64,000 nucleotides of DNA from an uncultured Verrucomicrobiae bacterium (GTDB lineage Bacteria; Verrucomicrobiota; Verrucomicrobiia; Chthoniobacterales; UBA10450): contig CAVWPA010000003.1 of the NCBI GenBank assembly GCA_963756875.1, forward strand, positions 768,001 to 832,000, given 5' to 3'. A program made the translations under genes and the position numbers. Within the stretch, counting starts at the first letter, position 1. Each line of letters starts with the position of its first letter. This document shows positions 33,945 through 45,372 of the stretch, piece after piece. Under the pieces are notes generated by a model, which saw only the letters and a program-made list of their open reading frames with translations, ran no database searches and was not told the DNA's origin.

Positions 33945-35273
33945 GTGAACTCGATGGAAAAGATGGCCCGCGAGATTGTCGCGCGTCTGCGCGAGCGCGG
34001 TCATGTTGCCTATTTCGCCGGCGGCTGCGTACGCGACATGGTGCGCGGTGAGAGTCCCAAGGACTTCGATATCGTGACCGATGCGCAACCCGAAGCGGTG
34101 CAGAGACTTTTTCCGCGAACTTACGCCGTCGGCGCGCATTTCGGAGTCATCGTGGTCGTCGAAGGAGAATTCCAATTTGAAGTCGCAACTTTTCGCTCCG
34201 ATGGCGCTTATCTCGATCACCGGCATCCCAGCGAAGTTCACTTTTCTTCACCGGAAGAGGATGCCAGACGGCGGGATTTCACGATCAATGGCATGTTTTT
34301 CGACCCGGTCGCGAACCAGGTCATCGATTTCGTCGGCGGCCGGGCGGACATCGAAGCGAAATTGGTCCGCGCGATCGGCGACCCGGGCCAACGATTTACA
34401 GAGGACCGTTTGCGCATGTTGCGGGCGGTGCGCTTCGCCACTGTGCTCGATTACCAAATCGACCGGAAGACCTGGGAGGCCCTCGTTGCGAACGCGCCTT
34501 CAATCAACGAAATCAGTGCCGAGCGAATTCGCGAGGAGTTGTTACGGATTTTTTTATCACCCAATCGTGTGCGCGGCTGGGATCTACTCGATCAAAGCGG
34601 ATTGATGCGCGTTATTTTACCGGAACTGGATGAGATGAAAGGCTGCCAGCAGCCGGAGCAATTTCATCCGGAAGGCGATGTTTTCACGCACACGCGGCTG
34701 ATGTTGCACCTGCTACCGAAAAAAGTCTCGGTGCCGCTTGTTCTCTCGGTCCTGTTTCATGATATCGGCAAGCCGGTGACGGCAACGGTCGATGAAACGG
34801 GCCGGATTCGTTTTAACGACCACGACCGGATCGGCGCGGCGATGACCGAAGGAATCATGGAGCGATTGCGTTTCTCGCGCGCAGAGATTGACGCGACGGT
34901 GGAGATGGTGCGGCAGCATATGGTTTTCAAGGACGTGCCGAAGATGCGAGTGGCGAAATTGAAACGTTTCATGGCGCGGCCCACTTTCGAAGAGGAACTG
35001 GAGCTGCACCGGGTGGATTGCGAGAGCAGTCATCGCATGCTGGACAATTACGAATTTCTGCTGCGTAAACGGGAAGAATTCGCGAACGAGCCGATCATTC
35101 CGCTACCGCTGGTGCGCGGCGACGATCTGATCGTGCTCGGGCTAAGACCGGGACCAAAGTTTGGCGAGATTCTCGAAGCTGTGGAAACGCGCCAGTTGGA
35201 AGGCTGGCTGCACAGCCGCGCGGAAGCGATTGAGTGGATAAAGAAAGAATATTCGTTAGGCAAGAGCGACTAA
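33945..35273 (+). CDS. cca: CCA-adding tRNA nucleotidyltransferase / poly(A) polymerase family with HD domain
   Basis: AGGCVRD...DFDIVT, EVATFRSD, EDARRRDFTING, EDRLRMLRAVRF, HPEGDVFTHT and LFHDIGKP. Confidence 0.9.
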   Translation: MNSMEKMAREIVARLRERGHVAYFAGGCVRDMVRGESPKDFDIVTDAQPEAVQRLFPRTYAVGAHFGVIVVVEGEFQFEVATFRSDGAYLDHRHPSEVHFSSPEEDARRRDFTINGMFFDPVANQVIDFVGGRADIEAKLVRAIGDPGQRFTEDRLRMLRAVRFATVLDYQIDRKTWEALVANAPSINEISAERIREELLRIFLSPNRVRGWDLLDQSGLMRVILPELDEMKGCQQPEQFHPEGDVFTHTRLMLHLLPKKVSVPLVLSVLFHDIGKPVTATVDETGRIRFNDHDRIGAAMTEGIMERLRFSRAEIDATVEMVRQHMVFKDVPKMRVAKLKRFMARPTFEEELELHRVDCESSHRMLDNYEFLLRKREEFANEPIIPLPLVRGDDLIVLGLRPGPKFGEILEAVETRQLEGWLHSRAEAIEWIKKEYSLGKSD

Positions 35274-35321
35274 AAAAACGCCCGATATTGCCCCCCAATA
35301 GCAGAAGTCGGCTCCACTTTG

Positions 35322-35354
35322 ACATCAAACATCAAACACCGAACATCCAGCATC
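35322..35354 (+). repeat. Tandem heptamer repeat (ACATCAA-like) directly upstream of glgA
   Basis: ACATCAA ACATCAA ACACCGA ACATCCA GCATC. Confidence 0.7.
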
Positions 35355-35356
35355 GC

Positions 35357-36805
35357 ATGAGAATCCTGATGATCAGTCCGGAGGGGCCGCCGATGGAGCG
35401 CGCGGGGGCGCTAGTGGACGTGATGAATGCGTTGCCGCACGAGCTGCGCGAGCGAGGACATGAGGTGGCGGTGGCGATGCCGTTTTATCGCGAGATTCGG
35501 GAGAATCCCGCATTCAAGGAAGAAGATACCGGGGTGACAGTCGATGTTCGAGTGGGCGACAAAACTTATATCGCCGAATATTTACAAGGGCGGAGCGCCA
35601 GCGGAGTGCAGTTGTTCTTTGTTCGATGCGATGATTTTTTCGATCGAGGAGGAATCTACGGCGAGCATGGCGTTCCTTACGAAGATAACGCCGAGCGCTT
35701 TATCTTTTTCAGCAAGGCGTCGGTGGAACTGGCGCGGCGCCTGACACCGCCCCCGCAGGTGCTCCATATCCATGATTGGCCGGCGGCGCTGGTGCCGGTT
35801 TATGTGCAGGCGCACCATTTGCCGTTCTCGACGGCGTTGACGATCCATCATCTGGCGGAGCAGGGGAGTTTCTGGGGGCTCGACTTTCGTCTGACGAACC
35901 TGCACGAGCGGTTTTTCACGCTCCGTGGTGTCGAGTTTTTCGGGAAATTGAATTTTCTCAAGGCCGGGATTTTGTTCTCCGACAAAATCACGACTGTAAG
36001 CGAGCGGTACAAGCGCGAGATACAGACGCCCGAATACGGTTGCGGGCTGGATGGTGTTTTTCGCGAGAACGCATTCAAGCTCACCGCAATTTTGCATGGC
36101 GCCGATTACGCGCGCTGGAATCCTGAGACCGACGCACTGCTGCCGGCGCGTTACAATCCAAACTCGATGTGGGGGAAGCAGATTTGCCGCGACACATTGC
36201 TGGCCGATCTCGGACTCGCGCGCGCGCCGACGGGACCTGTTTTTGGAATGGTCACGCGCGTGGTCGAGGAAAAAGGCTTCCAAATTCTCATGCCTGCGCT
36301 CGATCGCCTTCTTTCCGACGATGTGCGTCTGATCGTTCTCGGGGAGGGCGATCCGGGTTACGAAACTGCGCTCGCCGTCGCTTCGCGAAAGTTTCCCGGC
36401 AAGTTTGCTTACCGAAGAGATTACCACGAGAGGTTGGCCCATTTGATTGAAGCGGGAACGGACATTGCGTTGATTCCGTCACGCTTCGAACCTGCGGGGC
36501 TAAGTGCGATGTACAATTTGCGCTACGGTGCGCTCCCAGTCGCAAGCGCCACGGGTGGAATTCAGGAAATTATCGAGGATTACGATCCGGCTGTTGACAG
36601 CGGATATGGGTTCCTCTGTTACGAATATTCGACCGAGGCTTTCTGGGACGCGATTAAGCGCGCGCGCGAGATTTTTCGCAATCGCGAGATCTGGACGGGG
36701 CTGATGGAGCGCGCGATGGCCCGGAATTTTTCCTGGGCTGAATCGGCGCAGCGGTACGAGGAACTTTATCGCGAGCTCGTTCCCGCCGATCAGGCCGCGG
36801 CCTGA
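35357..36805 (+). CDS. glgA: Glycogen/starch synthase (GT5), divergent
   Basis: DNAERFIFF, HIHDW, NFLKAGI, TTVS..Y..EI.TPEYGCGLDG, PSRFEPAGL and FSWAESAQRYEELY. Confidence 0.88.
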   Translation: MRILMISPEGPPMERAGALVDVMNALPHELRERGHEVAVAMPFYREIRENPAFKEEDTGVTVDVRVGDKTYIAEYLQGRSASGVQLFFVRCDDFFDRGGIYGEHGVPYEDNAERFIFFSKASVELARRLTPPPQVLHIHDWPAALVPVYVQAHHLPFSTALTIHHLAEQGSFWGLDFRLTNLHERFFTLRGVEFFGKLNFLKAGILFSDKITTVSERYKREIQTPEYGCGLDGVFRENAFKLTAILHGADYARWNPETDALLPARYNPNSMWGKQICRDTLLADLGLARAPTGPVFGMVTRVVEEKGFQILMPALDRLLSDDVRLIVLGEGDPGYETALAVASRKFPGKFAYRRDYHERLAHLIEAGTDIALIPSRFEPAGLSAMYNLRYGALPVASATGGIQEIIEDYDPAVDSGYGFLCYEYSTEAFWDAIKRAREIFRNREIWTGLMERAMARNFSWAESAQRYEELYRELVPADQAAA

Positions 36806-36816
36806 TTGGCGGCTTT

Positions 36817-36848
36817 TCCTCTCCTCAAGGAGAGGATTTAGGTAAGGG
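36817..36848. repeat. Palindromic intergenic repeat, possible terminator
   Basis: TCCTCTCCT-CA-AGGAGAGGA hairpin followed by TTTAGGTAAGGG, just after the glgA stop. Confidence 0.55.
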
Positions 36849-37003
36849 CAAACACATCGTCTTCTCGTCGAACTCAGGCCATTTGAGCCCTAAGAAACGA
36901 AACGATTGCGATGCAGCGCGGCACTCCAGAGACCGGCGAATCCGCAAGTTCTTGCAATCGCGGAGGCTTTGATATCTCCTCGGCCCTTCCCGGTTCTGAC
37001 GTC

Positions 37004-38229
37004 ATGAAGCGTTCGGTATCCGCATTCAAACCCCTGTTATACGGTTTGCTTCTCACCGTGGCGCAAGTCGCGTTGGCCGTTTTACTCCTCGCGCCGGAAG
37101 GCCCCCTCTCGTCCCGTTACTCCAGCCTTGTCCAGCACGATAGCTATTGGTTCATGAACATCGTCGATCGCGGCTATCAAACGATTGTACCGCCCACGGA
37201 TCATAAGGTGATGGAAGTCTCAAATGTCGGATTTTTCCCCGCGTATCCGGCGATCACAGCGTTGCTCCATTACGGTCTGCACCTCGACACGGACAACGCG
37301 CTGCTCGTGACAGCCCAGGTGGCCGCGTGGGGTTTCTGGACCTATTTTTTTCTCTTTTGTCAGCGTTGGAACCTTTCGCCGACGCTTCGATTCTTCGGGG
37401 CGTTATTAATTGTCGCGCACCCGGCTGCATTCTTTTTAATTGCCGGGTATCGGAGTCGCTTTTTCTCATGGCGCTTCTCGGATTCGCTTACTGGAGTACC
37501 GAAACGGGCCGGACGGCAAAGATCTGGACGGCGCTGCATGGAATCGTCATGTCCGCGACGCGAATCGTGGGAATCCCCTGTGCCGCGTTCCCGGTGGTGC
37601 GCCGTCTCTTTGCGGATGGATGGAATGTCCTGCGCACTCCGCGAGAATGGTTACGCCATTACGGGTCGGCAACTGGTCTGACGATCGTGTCGGCGGCCGG
37701 CGGGGCGCTTTTTTTTCTCTACTGCCAGCTCCGCTGGGGGCACTGGAATCTTTACCTGCTCACCCAATCGGAGTGTTGGGGAATCGAGCCCGATTACCTG
37801 GCTGTTTTTAAACCATCCAGTTATCGCTGGCTGGTGCCGCCGCTGAACAACCCCACCCAGATGAGTCAAATGTCCATGACGATTGGAGGGCTGCTCCTCG
37901 TTGCCGTGGTGTTGTGCGAACTGATTCCGGGAACTCGCCGTTGCGCGGAGTGGCCGACGCGCATCGGAATTTATTTTTGCGCAGCCGTTATTTATTACAT
38001 CTCAGTAAGCGGAGTCGCTTCCGTCGAGATGGAGAGCATGCTGCGTTACGAGTTCTGTGTGCATGCCCTGATCGTACTCGCCTTTTTGAATTTTCTACGT
38101 CAGTTTCGCGTCTCGTCCATGCTGTTGCGGGCGTTCAGCATGGCTGCAGTCGCGTTGGCCAGTGCTGCTGGCCTTGGGTTGCAGGGTTGGTACGTCTGGA
38201 ACTTTACGCGAGGGAATTGGGTGGCGTAA
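37004..38229 (+). CDS. Multi-pass GT-C glycosyltransferase (PIG-V/mannosyltransferase-like); frameshift near 37450
   Basis: QHDSYWFMNIVDRGY, GFFPAYP, HPAAFFLIAGY/SESLFL, ATRIVG and SMLRY motifs across two overlapping frames. Confidence 0.75.
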
Positions 38230-38250
38230 TTGCCTGACAACTTTTTTTCA

Positions 38251-39771
38251 ATGAAAACAGTCGTCGCTGTCATCGGAGCCGGGCCGGCGGGTCTCACTGC
38301 CGCGTACTTGCTTTCGAAGAACGACGTCGAAGTCGTCGTTCTGGAAGCCGATCCGGTTTACGTCGGCGGCATTTCGCGTACCGCCACCTACAAAGGATTC
38401 CATTTCGATATCGGCGGGCACCGATTTTTCTCGAAGTCCAAGGCAGTGGAGGATCTGTGGACGGAGATTTTGCCCGACGACATGCTGCAGCGACCCCGAT
38501 CTTCACGCATTTTCTACGGTGGAAAGTTTTTCAATTACCCGCTGAGACCTTTCGAGGCTCTCATCAAGCTCGGCATTTTTGAATCGGTGCTATGCATTTT
38601 TTCCTGGCTGAGAGCGCGGTTCTTTCCCAAGCGCAACCCGCGCAATTTTGAGGAATGGGTGAGCAATCAATTCGGCCGCCGGCTCTTCAGGATTTTCTTC
38701 AAGAGCTACACCGAAAAGGTCTGGGGCATGAATTGCGCGGAAATTTCGGCCGACTGGGCGGCGCAACGGATCAAAGGCCTGTCGTTAGGCAGCGCGATCA
38801 AGAATGCGCTCCTCCCCCGACGCTACAACGGCGACCGGAGCAAAGTGATCAAGACATTGATCAACTCGTTTCGCTATCCTCGTAAGGGTCCCGGCATGAT
38901 GTGGGAAGCGTGTGCCGAAAAGGTAAAAAGAATGGGTGGCAGGGTCGAGATGGGATGCAAGGTGATCGGGTGCAGCTACGATGAGGTAACATCCAGGTGG
39001 AGCATCCAGTTGAGAGATCCGCAGGGGAGGTTGCAGAGACTCGAGGCTGAGCACGTGATCTCTTCAGCGCCCATGCGCGAGCTCGTTCGCGGTCTGTCCC
39101 CGGAAGTAAGCCGGCGGACCAGGCACGCGGCTGAAAGCCTGAAGTACCGCGATTTCCTAACGGTCATGCTCATTCTGAAAGAGAGGAAGATGTTCGATGA
39201 CAACTGGATCTACATCCACGACCCCAGCGTCAGAGTCGGCCGCATCCAGAATTTTCGATCGTGGTCGCCCGAGATGGTGCCCGATGCGGATAAAGCCTGC
39301 TATGGTCTCGAGTACTTTTGTTTCGAACACGACGGTCTCTGGGATTCGTCCGATCAGGATTTAATTGAGCTTGGCAAACACGAGCTAAACAGGATCGGTT
39401 TGGCCAAAGAGAACGATGTGGTCGACGGCTGCGTGGTCCGGCAGAAAAAAGCCTATCCAGTTTACGATGACGATTACGCTCAGCACGTGGCCACGATTAG
39501 GCGGGAGCTCGAAGAGCGTTATCCCAATCTGCACCTCGTAGGGCGCAACGGCATGCATAAGTACAACAATCAGGACCACGCCATGATGACCGCCATGTTG
39601 TGCGTCGAAAATATTCTCGCGGAAACAAAGCTCTACGATCTGTGGCAAGTGAACGGCGACGCCGAATACCATGAAACGGGCGCGGCTCTGGAAGAACCGC
39701 ACGGTAGCGCTCTTCGTCTCGTTCCGGAGCCGGTCGTCGCTTCCCCCGAGCTAGCCCCGGAGCAGGGCTGA
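38251..39771 (+). CDS. FAD-dependent oxidoreductase (protoporphyrinogen oxidase / UDP-galactopyranose mutase-like)
   Basis: IGAGPAGLTAAY, FDIGGHRFFSK, YTEKVWG, WAAQRI, AYPVY and GRNGMHKYNNQDHAM. Confidence 0.85.
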   Translation: MKTVVAVIGAGPAGLTAAYLLSKNDVEVVVLEADPVYVGGISRTATYKGFHFDIGGHRFFSKSKAVEDLWTEILPDDMLQRPRSSRIFYGGKFFNYPLRPFEALIKLGIFESVLCIFSWLRARFFPKRNPRNFEEWVSNQFGRRLFRIFFKSYTEKVWGMNCAEISADWAAQRIKGLSLGSAIKNALLPRRYNGDRSKVIKTLINSFRYPRKGPGMMWEACAEKVKRMGGRVEMGCKVIGCSYDEVTSRWSIQLRDPQGRLQRLEAEHVISSAPMRELVRGLSPEVSRRTRHAAESLKYRDFLTVMLILKERKMFDDNWIYIHDPSVRVGRIQNFRSWSPEMVPDADKACYGLEYFCFEHDGLWDSSDQDLIELGKHELNRIGLAKENDVVDGCVVRQKKAYPVYDDDYAQHVATIRRELEERYPNLHLVGRNGMHKYNNQDHAMMTAMLCVENILAETKLYDLWQVNGDAEYHETGAALEEPHGSALRLVPEPVVASPELAPEQG

Positions 39772-39862
39772 AGGAAGGACCGCGCAGTTCAGGTACACAA
39801 ACGTCAAGCCTTGAGCAAATGCTCTGGATTTTTCTCCGAAGCGAAGCAGGACGATTGTTCGC

Positions 39863-42751
39863 TTATTCCTGGCTACTTTCTTCCACCGTTGGACAGGTGC
39901 AAAACAGATTCCTGTCGCCGTAAACGTTGTCGATCCGGGCCACGGCCGGCCAGAATTTGTGTTCACGCGTCCACGGCGCCGGGAATGCCGCTTGTTCGCG
40001 CGTGTAAGGGTGCTCCCATTTTTCAGCCGCGATTTGGCGTGCGGTATGCGGCGCGTTTTTTAGCAGATTGTTCTCTTTGTCGATCTTGCCCTTAACCACT
40101 GCCTCGATCTCGGCATGAATTGAGATCATCGCGTCGCAAAACCGGTCCAGCTCCTCTTTCGATTCACTTTCGGTCGGCTCAATCATCATGGTCCCGGCAA
40201 TCGGCCACGAAATTGTCGGTGCGTGAAAGCCGTAATCCATCAACCGCTTCGCCACATCTTCGACTTCGATGCCCGCGCTTTTCCATTGGCGAAGATCGAC
40301 GACACATTCGTGCGCAACCAGGCCGCCCTTTCCTTTAAAGAGAACCGGGAAATAAGAATCGAGCCGCCTGGCCATGTAGTTTGCGTTCAGGATCGCGACC
40401 TGGCTGGCACGCTTCAATCCTGCGGCGCCCATCATGTGAATGTACATCCAGGAAATGGTGAGGATGCTTGCACTGCCGTAAGGCGCGGCCGAAACCGGCC
40501 CGACTCCGTTTTCTTGATCCGGCTCTTTATTATTCAGAGAAGCGAACGCCGGCAAAAACGGCGCGAGATGTTTCGCAACGCAGATCGGGCCCACCCCGGG
40601 GCCACCGCCGCCATGAGGAATGCAAAACGTCTTGTGCAAATTCAAATGACAGACATCGGCACCGTAATCGCCGGGGCGGCAGAGACCGACTTGCGCGTTC
40701 ATGTTCGCCCCATCCATATAAACCTGGCCGCCATGCGAGTGCACAATCTTGCAAATCTCGCGGATGGTCGGCTCGAAGACGCCATGAGTTGAAGGATAAG
40801 TGACCATGAGTGCGGCCAGATCGTCAGCATGCTGGTCCGCTTTTGCGCGCAAGTCGGCGAGGTCGATATCCCCATCTTTCGAGGTGACGACCGGGATGAC
40901 TTTGAACCCCGCCATGACCGCGCTGGCCGGGTTGGTCCCGTGCGCCGAAGTTGGAATCAAACAGATTTTGCGGTGTGCTTCGTTGCGCGAAAGATGATAC
41001 GCGCGGATTGCGAGCAACCCGGCATATTCGCCCTGCGCGCCAGCGTTTGGTTGCAGGGAGACTGCGTCAAATCCGGTAATTTCGGCCAGCCATTCTTCAA
41101 GCTGCCGGCACATTTCGATGTAGCCGCGTGTTTGATCGGCGGGCGCGAATGGATGCAGTTTCGCAAATTCCGGCCACGAGATCGGAAACATTTCCGCGGT
41201 CGCGTTCAGTTTCATCGTGCAGGATCCCAGTGGAATCATGGAATGGCAGAGCGAGAGATCGCGTGACTCCAGTTTCTTCAGGTAACGCAGCATTTCTGTT
41301 TCGGTGTGGTGCGTGTTGAAGACTGGATGGGTGAGGAATTGCGAAGCGCGCGCTGCGAACGGCGGAATGCGAACCGGCGGCCTGCCAGGATCGTCATCCG
41401 CGAAATCGCGAACATGCGTGCCGCGAAAGATCGACATCAAAAGCTCGATGTCGCGATTCGTGGTCGTCTCGTCCAATGAAACGCCCACAGTCTTTGCGCC
41501 GAGCGCTCGCAGATTACACCCCGCCTTTTGTGCGTGCTCGACGAATGTCGCGCTGGACTCGACCTCGACCCGAATGGTGTCAAAAAAGCTTTCATGCGTG
41601 ATTTTAAAACCGAGCGCGCGCAAACCCTGGACAAGCTGGCTGGTCAGACGATGAACGCGTTCCGCGATGGAACGCAGCCCGCGTGGGCCGTGATAAACGG
41701 CGTACATCGACGCAATGACGGCCAGGAGAACTTCCGCCGTGCAAATGTTGCTGGTGGCTTTTTCGCGGCGAATGTGTTGCTCGCGTGTCTGTAACGCGAG
41801 CCGGTACGCCGGGCGGTCTTCGGCATCGTGCGAGACACCGACCAGGCGGCCTGGCATGTGCCGTTTGTATTGATCGCGCGTCGCAAAATAGGCGGCGTGC
41901 GGTCCACCGAAACCGAGCGGAACACCAAAGCGCTGCGTATTTCCCACCGCGACGTCCGCGCCGAACTCGCCCGGCGGCTTGATCAGCGTGAGCGCCAGAA
42001 TGTCGGCTGCGACCACGACCAGTGCACCGGCGCCGTGCGCCTGCCTGACGAACTCGGTGTAATCATAAATGGCGCCATCGCTGGCCGGATATTGCACGAG
42101 TGCGCCGAAAACGGTTTTATCGAATCGAAACTGCGAGAAATCGCCGAGGCGAACGTCTATGCCCAGCGGTTGGGCGCGCGTCTGCACAACCTGAATCGTT
42201 TGCGGATGACAATTGCTCGCCACGAAGAAAACTTTGCGGTCGGGAACGGCGGCGCGACAAAGTGCCATTGCTTCGGCGGCAGCAGTCGCTTCATCGAGAA
42301 GGGACGCATTCGCTATGTCGAGCGCCGTCAGATCGGTGATCATTGTCTGGAAATTGAGGAGCGCTTCCAGGCGGCCTTGCGCCAGTTCCGCCTGGTACGG
42401 CGTGTAAGCTGTGTACCAGCCGGGATTTTCGAGGATATTTCGCTGAATCACAGGCGGCGTCGTGCAGTCGGAATAACCGGCACCAATAAACGTTTTCTCG
42501 ATTTTATTTTTCGATGAAAGCGTGCGCAAATCGGCCAGCGCTTCGGCTTCCGGTTTCGCTTCCGGCAGATTTAATTGTCGATCGAATCGAATGTCCTTCG
42601 GGACGGTCGCGTCGATGAGTGCGTCAAGATTATCGAAGCCGACGTCTCGCAGCATCGCCGCGATTTCTATCTCATTCGGGCCAATGTGACGGCGCGCGAA
42701 AGAGTCCGAGCCGGACTGGCCGTCATCGATCTCTTCTTTGCGCGTTTGCAT
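39863..42751 (-). CDS. gcvP: Glycine dehydrogenase (aminomethyl-transferring), P protein
   Basis: [53 protein letters not shown] and DNVYGDRNL. Confidence 0.98.
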   Translation of the reverse strand: MQTRKEEIDDGQSGSDSFARRHIGPNEIEIAAMLRDVGFDNLDALIDATVPKDIRFDRQLNLPEAKPEAEALADLRTLSSKNKIEKTFIGAGYSDCTTPPVIQRNILENPGWYTAYTPYQAELAQGRLEALLNFQTMITDLTALDIANASLLDEATAAAEAMALCRAAVPDRKVFFVASNCHPQTIQVVQTRAQPLGIDVRLGDFSQFRFDKTVFGALVQYPASDGAIYDYTEFVRQAHGAGALVVVAADILALTLIKPPGEFGADVAVGNTQRFGVPLGFGGPHAAYFATRDQYKRHMPGRLVGVSHDAEDRPAYRLALQTREQHIRREKATSNICTAEVLLAVIASMYAVYHGPRGLRSIAERVHRLTSQLVQGLRALGFKITHESFFDTIRVEVESSATFVEHAQKAGCNLRALGAKTVGVSLDETTTNRDIELLMSIFRGTHVRDFADDDPGRPPVRIPPFAARASQFLTHPVFNTHHTETEMLRYLKKLESRDLSLCHSMIPLGSCTMKLNATAEMFPISWPEFAKLHPFAPADQTRGYIEMCRQLEEWLAEITGFDAVSLQPNAGAQGEYAGLLAIRAYHLSRNEAHRKICLIPTSAHGTNPASAVMAGFKVIPVVTSKDGDIDLADLRAKADQHADDLAALMVTYPSTHGVFEPTIREICKIVHSHGGQVYMDGANMNAQVGLCRPGDYGADVCHLNLHKTFCIPHGGGGPGVGPICVAKHLAPFLPAFASLNNKEPDQENGVGPVSAAPYGSASILTISWMYIHMMGAAGLKRASQVAILNANYMARRLDSYFPVLFKGKGGLVAHECVVDLRQWKSAGIEVEDVAKRLMDYGFHAPTISWPIAGTMMIEPTESESKEELDRFCDAMISIHAEIEAVVKGKIDKENNLLKNAPHTARQIAAEKWEHPYTREQAAFPAPWTREHKFWPAVARIDNVYGDRNLFCTCPTVEESSQE

Positions 42752-42790
42752 GGGAGGAGATTACAAAGCGCGAGCACGCGCTTCAAGTGC

Positions 42791-42863
42791 TGTAGCCACG
42801 GCGCTCTGCCGCCGTGAAATGCTAACACAGCGCAGATCGCCCCGACGAAGCGGGGTGGCTACA
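42791..42863. repeat. Intergenic GTAG-type REP doublet
   Basis: Perfect 9-bp termini TGTAGCCAC / GTGGCTACA, with inner hairpins CACGGCG-N6-CGCCGTG and CCCCG-N6-CGGGG. Confidence 0.85.
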
Positions 42864-42895
42864 GTCATTTCGTATGCGAAGCGGCAGCTGCCACT

Positions 42896-44557
42896 TCAAC
42901 GATCGAGCGCGTCGCGCAACTTGTTGGCAAGCTGTTCGGGATCGAACGGTTTTGGCAGGAAAAACATGTCCGGATCGGGTCGATCGCCGGGATGAAGCGA
43001 TTCTTCCAGATATCCGGAAACGAAAACCACTTTGATGTTGGGGCTGGCCGCGCGCAGCCAATCGGCAAAACGCCGTCCACTCATTTGCGGCATTACCATA
43101 TCCGTGAGCAGCAGATCGATTTTTCGGCCTTCGCGCTCGGCGATCAAGCGTTGCGCATCATCGCCATTCGCGGCTTCAATGACATCGTAACCGAGATTGC
43201 GCAGAATGCGCACCGACATGTGTCGCACGCTGATATCGTCTTCCAGCACCAGAATTGTCTCTGTGCCGCCGGGCAGCTCCCGGTTATTTGGTTTCTTATA
43301 TGAAGGCGCCGGCGGAGCAGGAGTCTTTGGCAAATGGATCTGCACTGTGGTGCCTTTGCCTTCCCGGCTTTGAACGCGGATCTGACCGCCGCTTTGGCGA
43401 ACGATCCCATAACTGGTGGCCAACCCGAGTCCGCTACGGTCGTCCTTGGTGGTGAAAAAAGGTTCGAAGAGATGCGCCTTCACCGCGTCACTCATCCCCA
43501 GGCCCGTATCGGTCAGGCTGATCACGACATAATCGCCGGGCGCGAGATCGTCGACGCCAAGGTAGGGCGTCTGTGGGCAACCCACCGTAATACTGGCCGT
43601 TTCCAGCGTGAGCTGTCCGCCCGATGGCATCGCGTCGCGCGCGTTCACCGCAAGGTTGAGAATAATTTGCGTGAGTTGATCCGGATCGACCTTGATGTGC
43701 GCTTTCTCTTTTTTCTTGTGCAAATGACTAACGACATGGATGTCCGCGCCCAGCAGGGGAAGAAGCGAGCGCTCCAAATTTGCGATGACCGAATTCACTT
43801 CAACGATTCTCGGCTCCAATGGGTGCTTGCGGCTGAACGCCAGAAGCTGTTGCGTTAATGTCGAAGCGCGGCCGGCTGCTTTGCGGATCTCCGAAATATG
43901 TCCGGCCACCTGGCCTTTCAAGCGCATCTCGTGCAGGAGCAGATCGCTGTAGCCAAGAATCGTGGTGAGAAAATTGTTGAAGTCGTGCGCGACGCCTGTA
44001 GCCAACTGGCCGAACGCTTCCATTTTCTGCGAACGGCAAAGTTGATCATGCAGTTGTTTGCGCGTGGTGATGTCCATGAGGGACCCGATGAAACGCACAG
44101 CTGCTCCGGTGTGGTCGCGCACGATAACAGCGCGTTCCAGCAAATGTGCATAGCTTCCATCGGTGCGACGGAAACGATATTCGCCGCTCCAGCGCTCGTC
44201 CTGTCCGAGCAGAGCCTCTCGAATTGCGGTGGCGGTTCGGGCGCGGTCGTCAGGATGAAGATTCTTTTGCCAGAAGGCGAGCTGGCCATCTGCCTGCGCC
44301 GATTGATGGCCAAGCCAGTCGGGGAAACCTTGCGGCCAGAGCAGCTGGCCCGTTTTTACATCCCAATCCCGAACTGCATCGTTCGTAGCCCGGGCAGCGA
44401 GTGAAAAATGGTTCTGGCCCTGAGTCGGATCGTTTTCCAGTAGAATGTTTGCTTGATTTTCATTGCTAGGATGAGGTGGTTGTGGTGCTCCCGATTGTTC
44501 GCCAACGATTGATTGCCCGGGTCCTCCTGTAATTTCATCTTCGGTTGGCAATCGCAT
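42896..44557 (-). CDS. Cytoplasmic PAS hybrid sensor kinase/response regulator (CckA-like)
   Basis: PAS_3 (LHPDD, EYRFRRTDG), SQKMEAFGQLATGVAHDFNN, LNLAVNARDAMP, FEPFFTTK and a receiver domain (LLTDMVMPQMSG, FLPKPF). Confidence 0.93.
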   Translation of the reverse strand: MRLPTEDEITGGPGQSIVGEQSGAPQPPHPSNENQANILLENDPTQGQNHFSLAARATNDAVRDWDVKTGQLLWPQGFPDWLGHQSAQADGQLAFWQKNLHPDDRARTATAIREALLGQDERWSGEYRFRRTDGSYAHLLERAVIVRDHTGAAVRFIGSLMDITTRKQLHDQLCRSQKMEAFGQLATGVAHDFNNFLTTILGYSDLLLHEMRLKGQVAGHISEIRKAAGRASTLTQQLLAFSRKHPLEPRIVEVNSVIANLERSLLPLLGADIHVVSHLHKKKEKAHIKVDPDQLTQIILNLAVNARDAMPSGGQLTLETASITVGCPQTPYLGVDDLAPGDYVVISLTDTGLGMSDAVKAHLFEPFFTTKDDRSGLGLATSYGIVRQSGGQIRVQSREGKGTTVQIHLPKTPAPPAPSYKKPNNRELPGGTETILVLEDDISVRHMSVRILRNLGYDVIEAANGDDAQRLIAEREGRKIDLLLTDMVMPQMSGRRFADWLRAASPNIKVVFVSGYLEESLHPGDRPDPDMFFLPKPFDPEQLANKLRDALDR

Positions 44558-44700
44558 GCGTTAAGGCGAATCGAAGTCGCGCGTAAAAAAGAGCTAGTTC
44601 CATGCCTTGAAATATCATGCCGTGAATGCGGGACTGATCTGTCTGCGCGTTGGCCGGAGATTAGTTGCACAACCTGAAATCAGTCCGATGCGACCCGCAA

Positions 44701-45372
44701 TTACCTGGTTTCTGTCGAAGAAAGCGGCGCCACCGATCCAAAGTTCGCAACGAGCTCTGCGCGCCGCGACTCGGATTGGACAAAATGTGAGTCAATCGCT
44801 TCCGCAAGCGCGGACGAATGGAACGTGCTCGAGATCCGCCCTGCCTTGTTGTCGGCTGAATCTTCGCGTGCGTTTTCCACGTGAAAGGAAAGCCGGACGA
44901 ATCTCGTTTCGACACCCAGCATGGAAAGCTTGAAAAGCCGTTTGTGAGCAAAGGGAACAATTCCATCCACTTTGGTCCACTGAGGGCTGTCCGCGGGAAG
45001 AGGCGAGTCTGAGACTGCGATTTTGAGTTCTCCGCAGGCCGCGGTGTTCTCATTAACAAAGGTGAAGCCGTCTGCGGTCGCGTCCCTGGGCAGCGCAATG
45101 ATGAAAGTGGTTTCGCCTGCGCGAAGAGCACAATCAACGGTGGCATTATCAATTATGGAAGCGGGGCTGCGCGAATCGGCCGGATGAATACTGGGAACTT
45201 CGGTCAGTTGGCCGTCGGGTGTGATGCACTCGATCTTCACCGCGCTTCCCGTCCCGGACGAGAGAGGCTCGGCCAACGAACTCGGACCAGGCATAAAACT
45301 GATCGACGCAAACAGCGCAAGTAACGACAGCGTGCTCCGACGAAGAGCGGTCTGGAATACGCGGCAGCTCAT
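44701..45372 (-). CDS. Hypothetical secreted protein, possible discoidin/galactose-binding-like fold
   Basis: Signal peptide; SPASIIDN...FIIAL...LKIAVS...QWTKV...TRFVRLSF pattern resembles F5/8 type C domains. Confidence 0.6.
   Translation of the reverse strand: MSCRVFQTALRRSTLSLLALFASISFMPGPSSLAEPLSSGTGSAVKIECITPDGQLTEVPSIHPADSRSPASIIDNATVDCALRAGETTFIIALPRDATADGFTFVNENTAACGELKIAVSDSPLPADSPQWTKVDGIVPFAHKRLFKLSMLGVETRFVRLSFHVENAREDSADNKAGRISSTFHSSALAEAIDSHFVQSESRRAELVANFGSVAPLSSTETR

Noticed and set aside
42752..42895. Glycine riboswitch upstream of gcvP
   Set aside because: The 144-nt gap is occupied by a REP doublet and no glycine aptamer structure is recognisable.
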